The position numbers and the translations under genes were made by a program. The notes under the pieces are model-generated. The model saw only the letters and a program-made list of their open reading frames with translations, was not told where the DNA came from and did no database searches. Positions 26,666-39,700 of a DNA stretch of 64,000 nt are shown here, one piece after another. The DNA is from Raillietiella orientalis. Lineage: Eukaryota. The stretch lies in assembly GCA_036172245.1 (NCBI GenBank), contig JAYWIR010000002.1:3968001-4032000 (forward strand), in the 5' to 3' direction. Within the stretch, counting starts at the first letter, position 1. Each line of letters starts with the position of its first letter.

Positions 26666-27205
26666 TATATAATTTTTATTCAGATATTTAATTTAATTAC
26701 ATCGAAAACAGTTATAATTATAGGTTATCAAGCATCATTACATTCATTAAGAAAATTTATATTATTCATTCATTACTTATAAAATATTTGAGAGAAAACT
26801 AAAAGACTTAATTTTTGAATGCCATAAATGTTTGGAGCATAATTGAAATGCGTTTTTTTGTGTGTAAAAAATGGAAACTTTGTTTAGTTGGAGCACTGCT
26901 TACTGTATGGGGAAAATTTTCTTGACGTGGTGGCAAAAAATGCTGCTAATATGAAACAAATGCATGTATCAAATGTAAAATCCAAATATGCTGAGGATGT
27001 TAGTAACACCTTGGCATTTGATTAGTCGTTTGACTTTTACGACATGATGTATACGGATCCTAAGAAGATTTGATCAAGGTCATATTTAACTTTGAGCTAG
27101 TAACGGTTAAGAAGTCTTACAGGTTATGTACCAGCAGTTGAGGTAAAGCAATTTTCGATTCAGTGTGTTTATGTTCCTTAATTCCAACAGAAATTATAGG
27201 TCCTA
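26665..27205 (+). pseudogene. NUMT fragment 1: cob 3' end - trnS1 - rrnS 5' part, highly degenerate
   Basis: tat aat ttt tta ttc aga tat tta att resembles cob [10 protein letters not shown]; ggcaaaaaatgctgctaatat resembles trnS1 and aligns with the minus-strand copy near 29800; ggttatgtaccagcagttgaggta resembles the rrnS GTGCCAGCAGYCGCGGT motif. Confidence 0.6.
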
Positions 27206-27209
27206 CGTC

Positions 27210-27800
27210 TAATTAAAATAAGAAAATAAGTTATTGCTTGTAAATCGAATCAAATACTCTTGTGTGGATAATGGATGGTAAGGGATGGGAAAGGGGGCTT
27301 CAATGATTTCGCATCGTTCTGAACTGTGAGGGGAGTTTTCTAGGTCACCGATGTTCCTCGAGGGTCTTACTTTTAGTGATTGCTTTGATTCGAGGAGGAT
27401 CATTGATTTTTTTAATAAAGGGTGACCAGGGGTTTTAATCAAGGTCAGCACGAGAAAGATTAGAGCAAACTGAATGTGATTGTGTATGGATAGAGAACTT
27501 AATTGTAAATTCATTGGGGAGTATTATATCGCCGAGTTCAAATCGCTCTCGCTCTGGTGCGAGATTGGATAAGTCATAACTTAGATGTACCGAAGATGTG
27601 TATAGGCAGGAGATTGAAATCTTGTCGAAGCCGAAGGCTAATCTTGATACTGATAATTATGGGTTATTGTGCTTTTTGAAGGTATGTGATTGTTAGTGAT
27701 TAATTGCCCAAGTGGTGATAGTGGATAATGTTTAAAAAAAGATATGCAGTGCAAGATGTAGATATCTGCAGTTTCATGATTTTCAGGAAGTATTTAGATG
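27210..27800 (-). pseudogene. NUMT fragment 2: atp6 remnant
   Basis: ORF 27209-27514 contains PGHPLLKKSMILLESKQSLKVRP, resembling the atp6 motif PxxLxPFMVLIExISxxIRP; lies directly after the rrnL remnant. Confidence 0.55.
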
Positions 27801-27849
27801 GAAATCGATATTTATTAATCGGATGCTAATGGGTTAAATAAAATTGATG

Positions 27850-28950
27850 GTGCATGTAGCATGATATGTTGACTTATTTCGTAGTAAGATGCTGGCAAAT
27901 GAATACTTCCGGTTCTTAATTTGAAATTACGATGAGCTTGATTTCGTGGTGTGTGTGTAGCAGGTGTGGACTTAGAGGCAGCTGTCGTAGAGTTTGAATA
28001 CTGAGTTCATGTGGACTTACGTATATCGAATGTAATCGATGGATCGTGTTATCTTAGCTAGTAAAAATAGGGAAACGGGAGGGTTATAATAGAGGGAACA
28101 AAATGAGGATTTCGGCAAAAGTCTGCTGGAGGCGTTTCTTGTGGGTGATATAAGGTAGGGCCTCCTCGGTGGTCTCAAAACCCATTCAGTGTTTTGGCTG
28201 TTCTAAGGTGGCATTATAAATACGAATTAAATTTCATTGGTTTGTTTGGCGTTGGTGCATTTCCTGTAATGGAGAAAAATCTATAGGGAGTCTAGGGGAC
28301 GAAAACAACATTTGGAGATTTAAATTATTATGTATATATGCAATTGTTTATAGGTGCATTCTCTCTTCTTTGGAGGAGAGGAAGTATGGTAAGATTCTCA
28401 GAGGATGTCGTCAGGGAAGGAAGGTGAAAACCGGATCTCGGGCGATTAAATAGGAAAGTTCAGTCATCTCAAAATGAAGAAAAATTTACCTAAGAGCTGA
28501 CAGCTTGATTTTCATGGACTGCTGCAGATGATATCATCGATGTTCAATTGAGTATCTGCAGGGGGTAGAAGATCTTAGGTAGCAACCTGTTGGAAAAGTC
28601 TTAAGTGATTGAAGTTTTAATCGGCGTGGGCCCACACTGGTTTCTATCTTTTAGCAATAATGAACTCCGAACTTTCTTATTGCTAAAGAACGGAGCAGTT
28701 GAAATCGTGTTTCTAATTACGGAAATGTTCTAAAATGTGTTGGTGATGCGTTTTTTCCTTTCTTCCCTCCACCTCGTGATGGTGCTTCGGAGTGTTTTCC
28801 ACATAACTTTGGTTGTCCATAAGAGTCAGAGTAGAGCGTAGTGGCATTGGGGTCCAAACAAGCCAAGGATGGATCTTTGCCCTACTTGGACTTTTGGGCG
28901 CAGCCCATAAGGCTGCATGCAGATGACGAGTAAGTGGTATGATGCGTCGA
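27850..28950 (-). pseudogene. NUMT fragment 2: mitochondrial large rRNA (rrnL) remnant
   Basis: Minus-strand motifs in the expected order: agactccctatagatttt (~GAAGACCCTATAGA), ttactagctaagataacacg (~TTACCCTAGGGATAACAGCG), cgtaatttcaaattaagaaccggaagta (~CGTGATCTGAGTTCAGACCGG). Confidence 0.65.
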
Positions 28951-29014
28951 TGTATGATAAGATGGCGTTGGTCCCGTAGTGCTAATTTGGCGTATCGCAA
29001 GTGGTGGTGCATCC

Positions 29015-29816
29015 AAGGGGTTCGGAAATACCTGGAAGGACGATGGACTTGATCTCTGTTTGTTATTTGATAGGTGGGATGCGTGAATTGTTAATAAGTA
29101 GGCAGATATGGAACAGGAAGTATACGTATATTGGTGCGGTGGGTTTCTGTGGCTCAGGTGATTATTTATAAGCCTCGTATGATTACTGCGTAGATGAGGG
29201 CAGTGGTTAGGTGGGTGGGTATGAGCTGGGATTGGAGATGAGAATGGATCATGGTGGATATCCGGTAGGATGGGGAAGATAACTTTGTGAATTTGGTGGG
29301 AGATTGATCAATAACTTTGTTAATTTTGCGAAGGGTGATCCTGAATGGGTCTCAGGGTAGAATGTGGAGTGTGTTGGTGTAGCGTGTTGGTGTAGCGTGT
29401 TGCTTGCTTATTTCTGTCGAAGCATCCAGTTTCTCTTTGTTCGGGATGAGTTCCTAAGTGATTTTTGTGGGTACTGATGAGAGTGGAAAGTTTAGTTGTG
29501 CATATTGGTTTATATGATTGAAAGGAGTGGCTCTACTATTTCATCATAAATTGAGCGGTTTGAAGGCTTATTTATAGTGAAGGATTTCTTGTTTATTGTG
29601 GTGTATGACGGTTATGTTTGGTCGAATGTGGGTTAAAAAAAAATGTGAGCGAGAATTAGTTAATGGGGATTCTGGTTTGGCGTGTTAAAGAATTATTTCT
29701 GGATTTTATTATCATCTGTGAGAAGGAAGCGAGTGCATAGGTTATTGGGTAGTTCCATTAATTTATTTTGGATTTACGAAATGTATACTTTATATTAGCT
29801 CTGCTGCCAAGATGGT
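29015..29816 (-). pseudogene. NUMT fragment 2: trnS1 + mitochondrial small rRNA (rrnS) remnant
   Basis: ggcagcagagctaatata (trnS1-like) right after the cob stop; 3' end aagtccatcgtccttccaggtatttccgaa resembles the AAGTCGTAAC...GTACYGGAA terminus; strong C/A strand skew. Confidence 0.55.
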
Positions 29817-30127
29817 TTAGACTGTGAGAATAGTGGGAAGAATGAGGGGTATAATAGATTGTCGGATAGGTAGTAATGTGGAGGCAGTGAATTAAGAGCC
29901 TAATGGTGTAATTATTGAGAAGAATAGGGTTAATGAAGACTATAGGACTTTTGAAAAAACGAATATTATCGTGAGGACGTAGGTGTGTTTGTAGTTGTGG
30001 GGAATTGTTATTTGAATAATGAAAGGATGACTAGAATCGTGATGTTATCAAGAGTTCATTGTAATGTATTGAGAACTGATGGTAACATGGTGTGAGTGAG
30101 CAGAAAATAGAATTCTGGTTGGACGTG
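29817..30127 (-). pseudogene. NUMT fragment 2: cytochrome b 3' end
   Basis: cac gtc caa cca gaa ttc tat ttt ctg... = HVQPEFYFLLTHTMLPSVLN, matching cob [20 protein letters not shown]; hydrophobic remnants continue to a TAA ending at 29817. Confidence 0.8.
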
Positions 30128-32000
30128 CCTAAAGTGTGGCCAATATCATAAGCTTCGGCGACTAAAGACGGCTTCCTGTTTCACTGAATGACCCGAAAGT
30201 GCAAGCGAATCTCCTTTGTCTCCTAAAGGTCGCAGCTAATGTCGCGATTTGTCTACAGGAGGCATCTTGAAGGGATGCCACTCTCACTTTCGTTGTCCCT
30301 ATGATGAACGCTTGAGATAGTCGAGGGAAAGGTTCCCACAGATCTCGATATTATGCCGCTTCCAGAAGGATATTCCAAAGGACGCATTTCGCAGTAGTAT
30401 TGCTCATTATATGCACTGCATTGCTTTCACGAAATTAGCTGGGATGAATGTAGAAAGTACAGGAACCATCGATGGTGGCAACATGAGCACAGCTCGTCAG
30501 TCTCAATCGAACCGCAACTCTCGAAGCGTCTCAGATGAGATCTGATTTCCTCCAATATATGCAGTTGGCCATAACTACGGATGCTGTGGAAACAATCGAA
30601 GCACAAACAGGACGAAAACTTCACTTACTTGCTGTGGTAACTGTGTTCGCTGTGCGTAGATCCCTCGTGTTCTCTCCTTGATCCATTCCTCCCTCGTTCC
30701 TCCTACCTACCTTTTTTCTTTAGATTTTCTCAGGCTGTTGTGAAGACGTTCGTCAAACCAAGCTGGGAGTGACAGGTGAGACGAGGGATCTTCCAAGAGG
30801 ACTGGGTAGGAGTCACGGTCGTACCTTTGGGTGCTTCCACGAAGGCGATTTCATGCGGATTTTCGTGAAAATCCAGGGAAACCACTCAAACAGTCAGGGC
30901 AAAAGGCTAGGAGCTGCGTTGATGGACCTACCCTGATATGTGGATGAGTAGCGTGGGCGAGACATACCGATGAAGATTTCCGTAGAAGAGGCGAAGCTGC
31001 AGTGGTTAGTCGGTTGGATCCCGAAGATTTTGCGAGAGTACACAGAGATGGACAGTGTTCCGAGAGATTCCAAGTGGAGATCAGAAACTCAGTTGGAAAA
31101 TCGCTGATGCATCAAGCAGCCACCTCCGACCACAGTGGCAGCAAAGCCGACAAAATTAAGTCAGTTGGGCGAAAAATAATAAAGGAAGATGGAAGTGCAA
31201 GAATGCCTCAGGGTATCAATTGGCAAACCAGCCTTCATCAAAGTCAATCTTTTCAGCGGAGCGAGTTCCACAGCATCTCCGGGAATCACACTTAGAAGCT
31301 GAACGGTCGCCTCGATAAAAGGAGACATCAATTTGAGGTGAATTCTTGTGGAAAAGCGGAAATTCACCAACTTGGAATCCACTTTCTGCTTACCAGTTGC
31401 ATGCCACTATAGGAAGCTCGAAGAATGCCTTCTGATTACCGGAATTTATCAGATTATCTCGGAAATCGGAAGTCAAGATGCTTGGTTGAACAGAGGATGA
31501 AGCGGCATGCATGTTGCGTCTGAAAGCTCTGAGTTGACCGCAAGGTCGCGCTTCTCTCGGATCTCATCCAGGATTCCTTTCGCTCGGTTTCATAGAGAAC
31601 TTCCAACAATTAATCCCCCTAGACCTCAAGTTAAGGGTATTCGACCCTCGAGGCATGTGATTTTCAAGAAAGCGCTGCCCGCACTACTGGAACCGGAGCG
31701 TTGGAAAAGCATTCCCGAAGAGGGTGGTCGTTTCCGCCACCGAAATATGGATCTGGAGAGTGTACCTCGAAAGGACTTTGTTTCTAAAGGGAAGCTCTTT
31801 ATTCTCAGGATTACCTACGAATGCAGCCACGGTACTGGGATGCGAAACGCATGCAGGGCAATGCTCTTTTCGCGTGACGGAATCCATCTGAATAACACGC
31901 ACCTGAAACGACGAAGCTGCAAGAAGAGGCAGAAGACTTTGAGGTGTACAAACTTCATCTTCGTATAAGCCTCTTGGAGTCCTGCGTTCCTCAGAGGAGA
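30128..32000 (-). mobile_element. PIF/Harbinger DDE transposase fossil, N-terminal and catalytic part
   Basis: Motifs in the expected order on the minus strand: NFRFST (~FRMSR), LESLGT...KIFGIQPT (~LATG...FGISxST), VATIDG (30465-30482, ~GAIDG), YPSGSxHN-SR (~YPGSxHDSR), LGDKG (30212-30226), EAYDIGH (30136-30156, ~ExxYNxxH). Many stops and frameshifts. Confidence 0.7.
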
Positions 32001-32049
32001 TGCCATCACCTTTCCCCTAGTTCAAATGTTCTTCATTGTTTTGTCTTGG

Positions 32050-32870
32050 CCGATGCTATGCAGATTCTTTCGCCAGCTTTCCTATCAGCGTGCTGACATT
32101 CACCCCAAGATGGAAGCTTCCAGCGCCAAGTCATGTGGATCTCGAAGATGAAAGATACAAAATTCAGTACTCCAAGGGAACCGAATACAAATGATCTTGG
32201 GAACGACATCTGTTTCTCCAAAACTGGAGAACAGAAAGCAGCTGGAGATCGGAACCATTTGGTGCGCCAGTGGTTCCACCATCATTACCCGCAACGATTG
32301 AATAGCAAAAATGGTCTATGCAAAATCGAAGAGACACTGGACTGCTGCGAAAAAGAAGCCAGCGTTCTCAACACGGCCCTACAGCAAGAAGTTCCCGATA
32401 AGCTGCAAGGCATTCCCGCATTATCCCCTACTCTTTCAGTTGCACTGAGTGATTGTTTTATTGTTTTCACTCTACTGCCATGGTCTCCTGTGTAACTGTT
32501 CCGTCCATTTTCTTAAACATCCTTGTCCCAGATTTAGGGACTGCATCAAAGAAACAAACGATCCTCTCTTCAGAGCATGATGCTAAGCGCTGATGCCAGA
32601 GTTGATAAAAAAGAATGCTGCTTTTGAGGAAGAGGAGAAGCAGATGGCAGAGCACACAAAAACTGCCAAGAGCGCTCAAGAATATATTGGGGAAACAGAC
32701 GACTCAGTTGATGCAGCCGAGGAAGCTGATTCAGATGGAATCTTGGGAAGGCACCTGCGTCAATTCGGAATCACTCTCGTGTCACAAAGCTCTCCAAGGC
32801 AGGAGTGCAACATGAAAGCAGAAAAGGTACTTTCTATGGTGCAAATAAAGATATGCCCTGCAATGTATTG
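32050..32870 (+). mobile_element. Putative Harbinger ORF2 (Myb/SANT-like DNA-binding protein) fossil
   Basis: Divergent from the transposase; contains W...KSKRHWTAAKKEAS (resembling the third Myb/SANT helix KKRWxxLKK) and a downstream acidic helical ORF (32593-32871). A two-gene layout is typical of Harbingers. Confidence 0.4.
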
Positions 32871-35699
32871 AAAGTTTTGGCAACGCTAATGGATAAACAA
32901 GAGTTGGGTACAAGGAATGTTTAAGATTCAGATAAACTAAAACTGCCTTTAAACTCTCGGCCAAACTCCACGATAGCCACATGCCCGAAATTCTTTCACG
33001 GTTACCAGTGACAAGGAGGCGTTCCGAAAATCAAGACTTTTTTATTAAAGCTTTAAGAACTTATTTTCTCACGTCATTTGCAATAATTTTTATTGTAAGT
33101 GGGATTACCCGGAAATATCCCTCATTTAAAATGAATGGAGACATAAATGAAATACATATAAATTTACGCGTATTTCTCATAGTAGTTTCCACGTCCGTGC
33201 AGTATTTTCTTATACCGCATTTCATTTTTTCATGAGATATGGGAGTAAAAGATTCAGGATTGCAAATTTCAAAAGTAAGGGGCTTCATAAGAGCTTCCAA
33301 ACGTACTATTGCACTAAAAAAGGATAAGAGAAAAAAAGAATTGAAAATAGAAGAAAAAAAAAAAAAAAAAGAGTCCAAAATGAATACAGTTTCATGCTTT
33401 CCTTTATTTGGACCTCAGGTAATCGGTAGGCGCTTCCTATTTTGCCGCAGAATCCAACCCCAGTTTCACATTTCTATTTGAAGGGAACCGAGAGCCCACA
33501 ACTTGTTTTCAGATTTGAAGGCTGAGGAATATATCAAACGCCTTTCGAGTTAAACGAAGTTGTAGTGCCCTGGGAGGATGAGATCGTGGAAGCCGCCATA
33601 AAACTCGCATTTTCCCTCCTCATATTCATTGCTCGGAATCAAACCACAAGAGGTTATCCTGCTCATGTGTCCTGTTCTTTGTTAACAATGGGGAAGAATG
33701 TGGATGTCCTCATTATCAGCAGCAAGAGCTGCCATTATCTGTTGCACAATTAAGAAGTACCGTAAATGCAAACTTTATTTATCTAAAATCGGAAATCTTC
33801 ATGAACCTTGTCCCTTAATACTGAGCTAAGCAAATTGCATGGATTATGTAAACTTGTGATACTACGCAATTTATTTGATAAAAGTCTACAATGACAACTA
33901 CAGGAGTAGTGCGTTACTTTTTTTGCTGTGCAAGTATCAGCAGATACTTTCCATTCAGAAAATGGATGTGGAATTCAGTTGAAAACCTTCAGAACACGAG
34001 CACATCTTAGCTGCTTCGAATGTCGTCTCGGAAACGGTGAAAGATTTCAAAATCTCAAGAGCTTGAAAACATAAATTTATATTTTGTGCAGTATTGGTTC
34101 TCAATGTTTCGAGTCTGGCTTGCTGAATTCTGCTCTGAAATTGGCCAAGGAATAATGGCGTTGTACTGAATCGCAGGGGGAAAAAAATTTTTTTCGTTTC
34201 ATTTATTAGAAATACAAGAACATATCTTGATAAAAATGCATTTTTTCGTTACGCCAAAATGTCGGGATAAAGATAAATCGAATTAAGAGAATCTCGAATG
34301 CGTGAAATTCGTTGAAGAGAAGTATTCCGGACAATTAAAGTTCAAGAAATGCAAGCACTTGACCAATTGAAGCACTAACTGAGAGATGAAAAGCAAAAAA
34401 AAAAAAAAAACTTTCAAACGAGCTCCAGTTGATATGTGAAGCACGCAATTTGGCTTTCAAGTCATTCTGTCAAATCCCTCAGTTTTCAAACTGTCAGCAT
34501 TAATACTGATTTCTCACTTTGCATATTTTACAAGTCTGATGTGAGAGGTTTTATGCAGAACAGGGTATATTTTACTTGGTTGTATATGTTTTCCTTCTTT
34601 AAATGGTCAGTGCCAAGTGAATTCCTGATGGGAATGTAAAAAGCAGCATGGCCGATTTCTCACGCGGAACATGTGCTCAGTAGGAAAAAAATGAAACAAA
34701 ATACTTTTAAAAAAAATGATTTTGAGAAAAGCTAGAAATTATTGAATGTTTGATTGCATGAGTAACTACTCATGCATTCTCTCTTAGTTCTTAAATATCT
34801 TTGACTTTTGTTTGAAACTCATATTCGCTCTCAGTCTTGATTCTCTCAATGAATTTCATGCCTTTTTATTGTGATTTTCATGAGTTTCATGCTGCCTTTT
34901 ATGGGGGATTTTCGTTTCCAATATTTCTGCAAATTTCCATTTTTCTGAACGTTTCCCTGTGTTTTCAGTATAGATCCGATAGGAGTGATTTCGAGTGTGA
35001 AATCACTTCGTACCCATTGCTGGTTAATGTGGTGAATCTGAAAAAAGGAAATGATGTGCAATGTTTTCATTTAGATAATGTATTTGAGTTTCAGGCACTA
35101 AAAGCAATTGAAATTTTCTCAGTGCATGTTTGCAATATTTGAAATAATCATCATCAAATTAAACTTCGGATCTGCTTTCAAAATAGGAGATTAATACAAT
35201 CTGTTTTCATAATAAAAGACTTCCTTGTGCTAACTGAGCTTCATCAAAACCTCATTGAACTGCTACTGAAGGGGAAGAAGGAGAAGAAGGAGGAAAAAAA
35301 AAAAAAAACGAATTTACTGATGAATCGAAGTCGGTAGTTAAGAACAGACTTTTGTGTAGGTGGACTGAGCTTATAAATATTTGTGTGTACTAAAGTTCCG
35401 TCAGTTATTGAAGGGAAAACATCCAGTCAAGGTGAACTCGCTTGTCCTACTGTGGTATCAAACAGATAAGCAAACAGAATATTACACCCTGTAATCACCT
35501 GTTTATCGATAGTCATTACTGGACGTTACTGATTAGGTTCTATTTTGAAACATAGTTAGCGAGAGCAATTTCTTTTTGAAAACCTTTTCTCGAAAGTGCA
35601 ATGAAACAAGTCGTACTGATGGGCAATGCTGGTAAAAATGCAATGCCGAATAATCCATGTGATTCCACTGTCTGTGTCTTGGAGCTCACAAATCATAAT

Positions 35700-36120
35700 T
35701 CTAACGTCTTCCTATCAGGTCACGTTGTGCTGCTGCCACAGTAAGGGCACTCCTAGAATTCATAATCGGTGCCGTCGGCCATCCACAGTGGATGCCCACA
35801 AATAATTTCGTTTAGTAACCACAACGGGAGGGTCATCCCAAAGTGGGATGCTTCTGTGTGATACGCTGTGAACGAGCATGCAAGGACAAAAATATCTCCG
35901 TTTTGTACGTCATTGCCGAGTGCAGTCCAAAAGGGCAGATTGTCTCGAAAATTTCATAGACACACCACTAGCTTATATATGATCTCTGCACCCGCCCTGA
36001 ATATTGAAGGAAGCAAATAATACATAAGGAATACCAGAAAGATAGTATCACTTTGGATAGGAGGTCAACGCTATGCCTGGCAGTCTAGAATGCTGGCTTG
36101 CGAAACTTTGCTTATATTGC
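35700..36120 (+). mobile_element. Degenerate RLE-type (R4/Dong-like) non-LTR retrotransposon fragment
   Basis: LEFIIGAVGHPQWMPTNNF (~EGxIxAAQDQxLxTxNY) followed by RACKDKNISVLYVIAECSP...THH (~CRxC...ETxxHxxxxC...RHN zinc knuckle); stops present. Confidence 0.4.
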
Positions 36121-36794
36121 GTGTTGATGACCATTTCTCCCAAGTTAATCTGTGACTTTTCGAAATCATGATAAACTTGACACGCAGGAAAAAGTGTGTT
36201 CAACTGCACTCGGAAACCGGAAAGGATATTAAGTAATCGGTGCCGAAAATGTTTTTATAAACGGAAATGGAGGTATTTATGCAAATGAAAATTGGAACGG
36301 AGGAGCAAATCCATAGTTGAGTTGTGTGTGTTCGAACGTTCAGTCGAAGGAAAATTGTTGGTTAATGTGGGTTGGTAGTGTTAAGTGAATCGATTTGAAA
36401 ATAAAAAGATGCTCTGCCATAAGGAGCAAACCACTGTTTGTGAAAGAAACGGGTGTTTGGTGTAATTTTAAAAGAGCATGGCAGTATGGAAAAATCTTTG
36501 TGAAGATGATCGCTGTTTTTATTTCATGTTTTGGGAACTCGACTTTTCCGTTTTCCCTCGGAATGCCTTGTAATGCCTTTTTTATTGATCAGTATTGGAA
36601 ATGATTTCGTAGTAAACAGTAGTATTCGTGTTTACTGTGAAATAAAAAGTGCATTTAAAAATTTTATTCCGGGACGTGGAACCTTTGCCATGTTCACCCA
36701 CACTCATTTGACAGTGTCAATGCAGATTCAAAATCAGTTGTCTCTTTGTAGAAAGTTCGCATAAAATGGCATGGCATTTTCTGAGTTCTACAGA

Positions 36795-39700
36795 ATGCTA
36801 ACAAAATCAGTACCCAGGGAGATCATCCACTCTGGTCATTTTATGGTTTCTGACTTTGAAGCAGATGCAGAAGATGATGATGGAAATGTTGGAGTCCTTG
36901 TCTCTAGTGAAGAAGAAGATGTGAAGCAGAATACTAGCACAACAATTATGCTCTCAGATAAAACTGGAAAATGCAGTCATTCTCACTTTAGCATTGATGG
37001 ATCTTTGAGCAAGTTGTTTAGATGCATGTCCGTAGTGTACAGGTGACAGTTGTGATTTCCTTCTGTGTTACACATTGCCATGAATTTATATTGCATTTCA
37101 ATGATGGACAGCTGCAATCGTTTGCTTCCTTATTTGCAATAATAGCTCATGTAAACTATTTGTCATTACACATATAGTTTCTGCATTCATGCCTTATTTG
37201 ATTTTCATGTTTCTTTTCAAGAAGTTTCCCTTTATTAACTAGAGGTGTTATTTTGCCATTTTAAGTGTAGTTTTAAAATTGTAGTTTGTTTTACAGATAA
37301 GCTAGACATTTGCAGTTGTGTTAAGTAAATGTTTTCCATTGCAGTCAGAAACTTACATCTCCAAAGTGGAATTCTTTCAAAGGGGTAAAGTTACGATGGA
37401 AAGAAAAGATTCGACTTAATAACATCATCTGGAGAGCATGGCACATGCAATGTAAGGTGGGGTGGGTTACATTAATCTTGATAGCTCCACCATCTCAGTT
37501 ATCCTGCGACGCAGCAGCAGAGTCTGCCAGTTTGCTAATCCGGTTGACACAGATGTTCATCTTAAACCAGAGGTAGGATGTAGAATAATTTTGTGGGTTA
37601 TATAAATACTGATATTGTTAGGCAGTTGTTCTTGAAGGCAAATATTGGAAAAGGCGCTCAGGTGCAGTTATTGCTGAATATAAAAAATGGCGTATTTGTG
37701 CCAAACAAAGAATTGCTGGGTGGATACGGGCACCAATTATAGAAGAGGTGAGTTGCAAACAGGGAGACAGTTGGGAAAATCATAGCTGGTTTACAGCCTG
37801 ATGAATTTCTTGATACTCCAAACAGAGACTTTGAGCTTGCAGCATTTGCAAATGAAGACTTGTTTGCAGACTCGCTTTTCAGTTTAATTCCAGGACAACC
37901 ATTCCCCAATCCCCGTGAAATTGGTAAGTGCGACATGGTGAACAAGCACTTCTTTTTTTATCCATATGGCTTCATGGTGTGGCCTTGTGAGTAGCTGTGT
38001 ACAGTAAAGTGTGTGACCAATCGTGACCTATCATCCATGAGCAGCTTCCCCCTTTGTTTGCAAACAAGTCCACTCGTTACTCCTTCGCCCATTTTGAAAC
38101 CACTGTAAAAATCGTGTATTTTGGAATCGTACTTCTGTAAGCATGCCATTTCCGAGGTTTCGGAAAACTTAACAAAACGTATTGATAGTACCGGTTTTGC
38201 GGATCCTGCATGTCGCGACTGAAAGACGTGTGCACATGTACGTACATTTACGAAGAAAGTAACCCAAGTTGGAGAGTGCTAATGGCAACAATCGCCCGAC
38301 ATAGTGCCTGTGCACCGTACCTGACGTAACACACCAACCACCTGTGTCCCTCCTGTTCCGCATAAATACGAGGCCGAAGTATACGTAGTACAACTACGTA
38401 GTACAGGTACCCCACCTGTACCACGTACTTGTTCGTCCACCATAACCGCGACACGACAACGGCATTCTTACGTTGTGGCAAGAATTGTGGGAACGCCCTG
38501 AGGCGCCCCCTTTCTCGAGAAACTTGAAAGGTTAAAACCGTAAAGTACGAGGCCGTGGGTGCACCATTGGGGTATTGAATTTCTGCTCGGTTATGGGTGC
38601 ATTGAGCGTCTCCCGAGTGTTTTCCAAGTATCCGTTTGATTTTTGCGTCGGGGAACCACTTGGAGACCCGGAGGCTGAATTCTCCTGTTTGCACCATTAG
38701 TGCTTTACGTATCTTGTCGATTACGAACGTGCCTGAGCAACTTTCGTTTTTCTAAATCTGAATTTATCTGGAAGGCATTCTGCCATCTATGAATGTGTTG
38801 CACAATCAATGGTGAACCAACGGTTGGCACAGTCCAGGGTGTGCATATATTGATGGTTTTTGAAACACGAAGTGAACGTCTGCTAAGGAGAATTTTATAC
38901 GTAGCTTGCACACAATTCTCCTATAAAAGAAAATTCTGGTGTTTTTCATGAACAGCCGATGATCTCGTTCTTGAAAATACTTGAGCTGATTCATTTCGTA
39001 GAAGGAACTGTAGCAACTGTTAGGTACTTGGTGTTCGCGAACGATCGAGGAAATGTTATTCCAGGATTGTTAATTTTTCAGCCATGAGCTGCTTCGGGAT
39101 GTTGGGCGGTAACGGCAACACTTCTGCGTGGCACATGGTGTTTGTTATTCTGCGTGTTTAGTCTGTTGGACTTGGGCTGAGTGGTTTTCGTATCGCAGAG
39201 AGAATGTTTTTCCTGCAGGCTGCTTCGCCCTGTTTTCTTCTTTCTGTCGCCTTTCCTGCGCCATAAATGCTGTGAATGTAAACGTATGCGTGCATACGCT
39301 TGCCGTTTACACATGTGAGGAATTGCACTTTGTTTCTTGTTTTGTTTTGTTTTTTGATTTTTTTTTTGCTCAGGAGGCCCTGTTAAGCAAATTGAGCAAT
39401 TTATTTAGTGAATTGCTCAGATTTTTTCTTTCTTTTCCTCTCTCTCCTTCTCCTCCTCCTCTCATCAGTTATACACTAACCTGCACACGAACGTGCTCCC
39501 ACTGGCTTTTTTTTTTTTTTTTTGTTAAGCGACCATTTTTAGGCTTCACTTTTTTGTGCGCGCTTTGGGTTTTCGATGGTTTCTGCATTTTTCATGCAAA
39601 ATGTCGAGCGTCATCGGCTTTCGCTCTCCCTCTTTTGAAGGACTATTTGAAAAATTATTGTATTGGTGATCTCCTGTATTTCTATTCGTTCAGAGGTTTG

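Noticed and set aside
28713-29012. Minus-strand ORF faintly resembling retroelement RNase H
   Set aside because: It lies collinearly within the rrnS-rrnL part of the NUMT, so it is a chance ORF.
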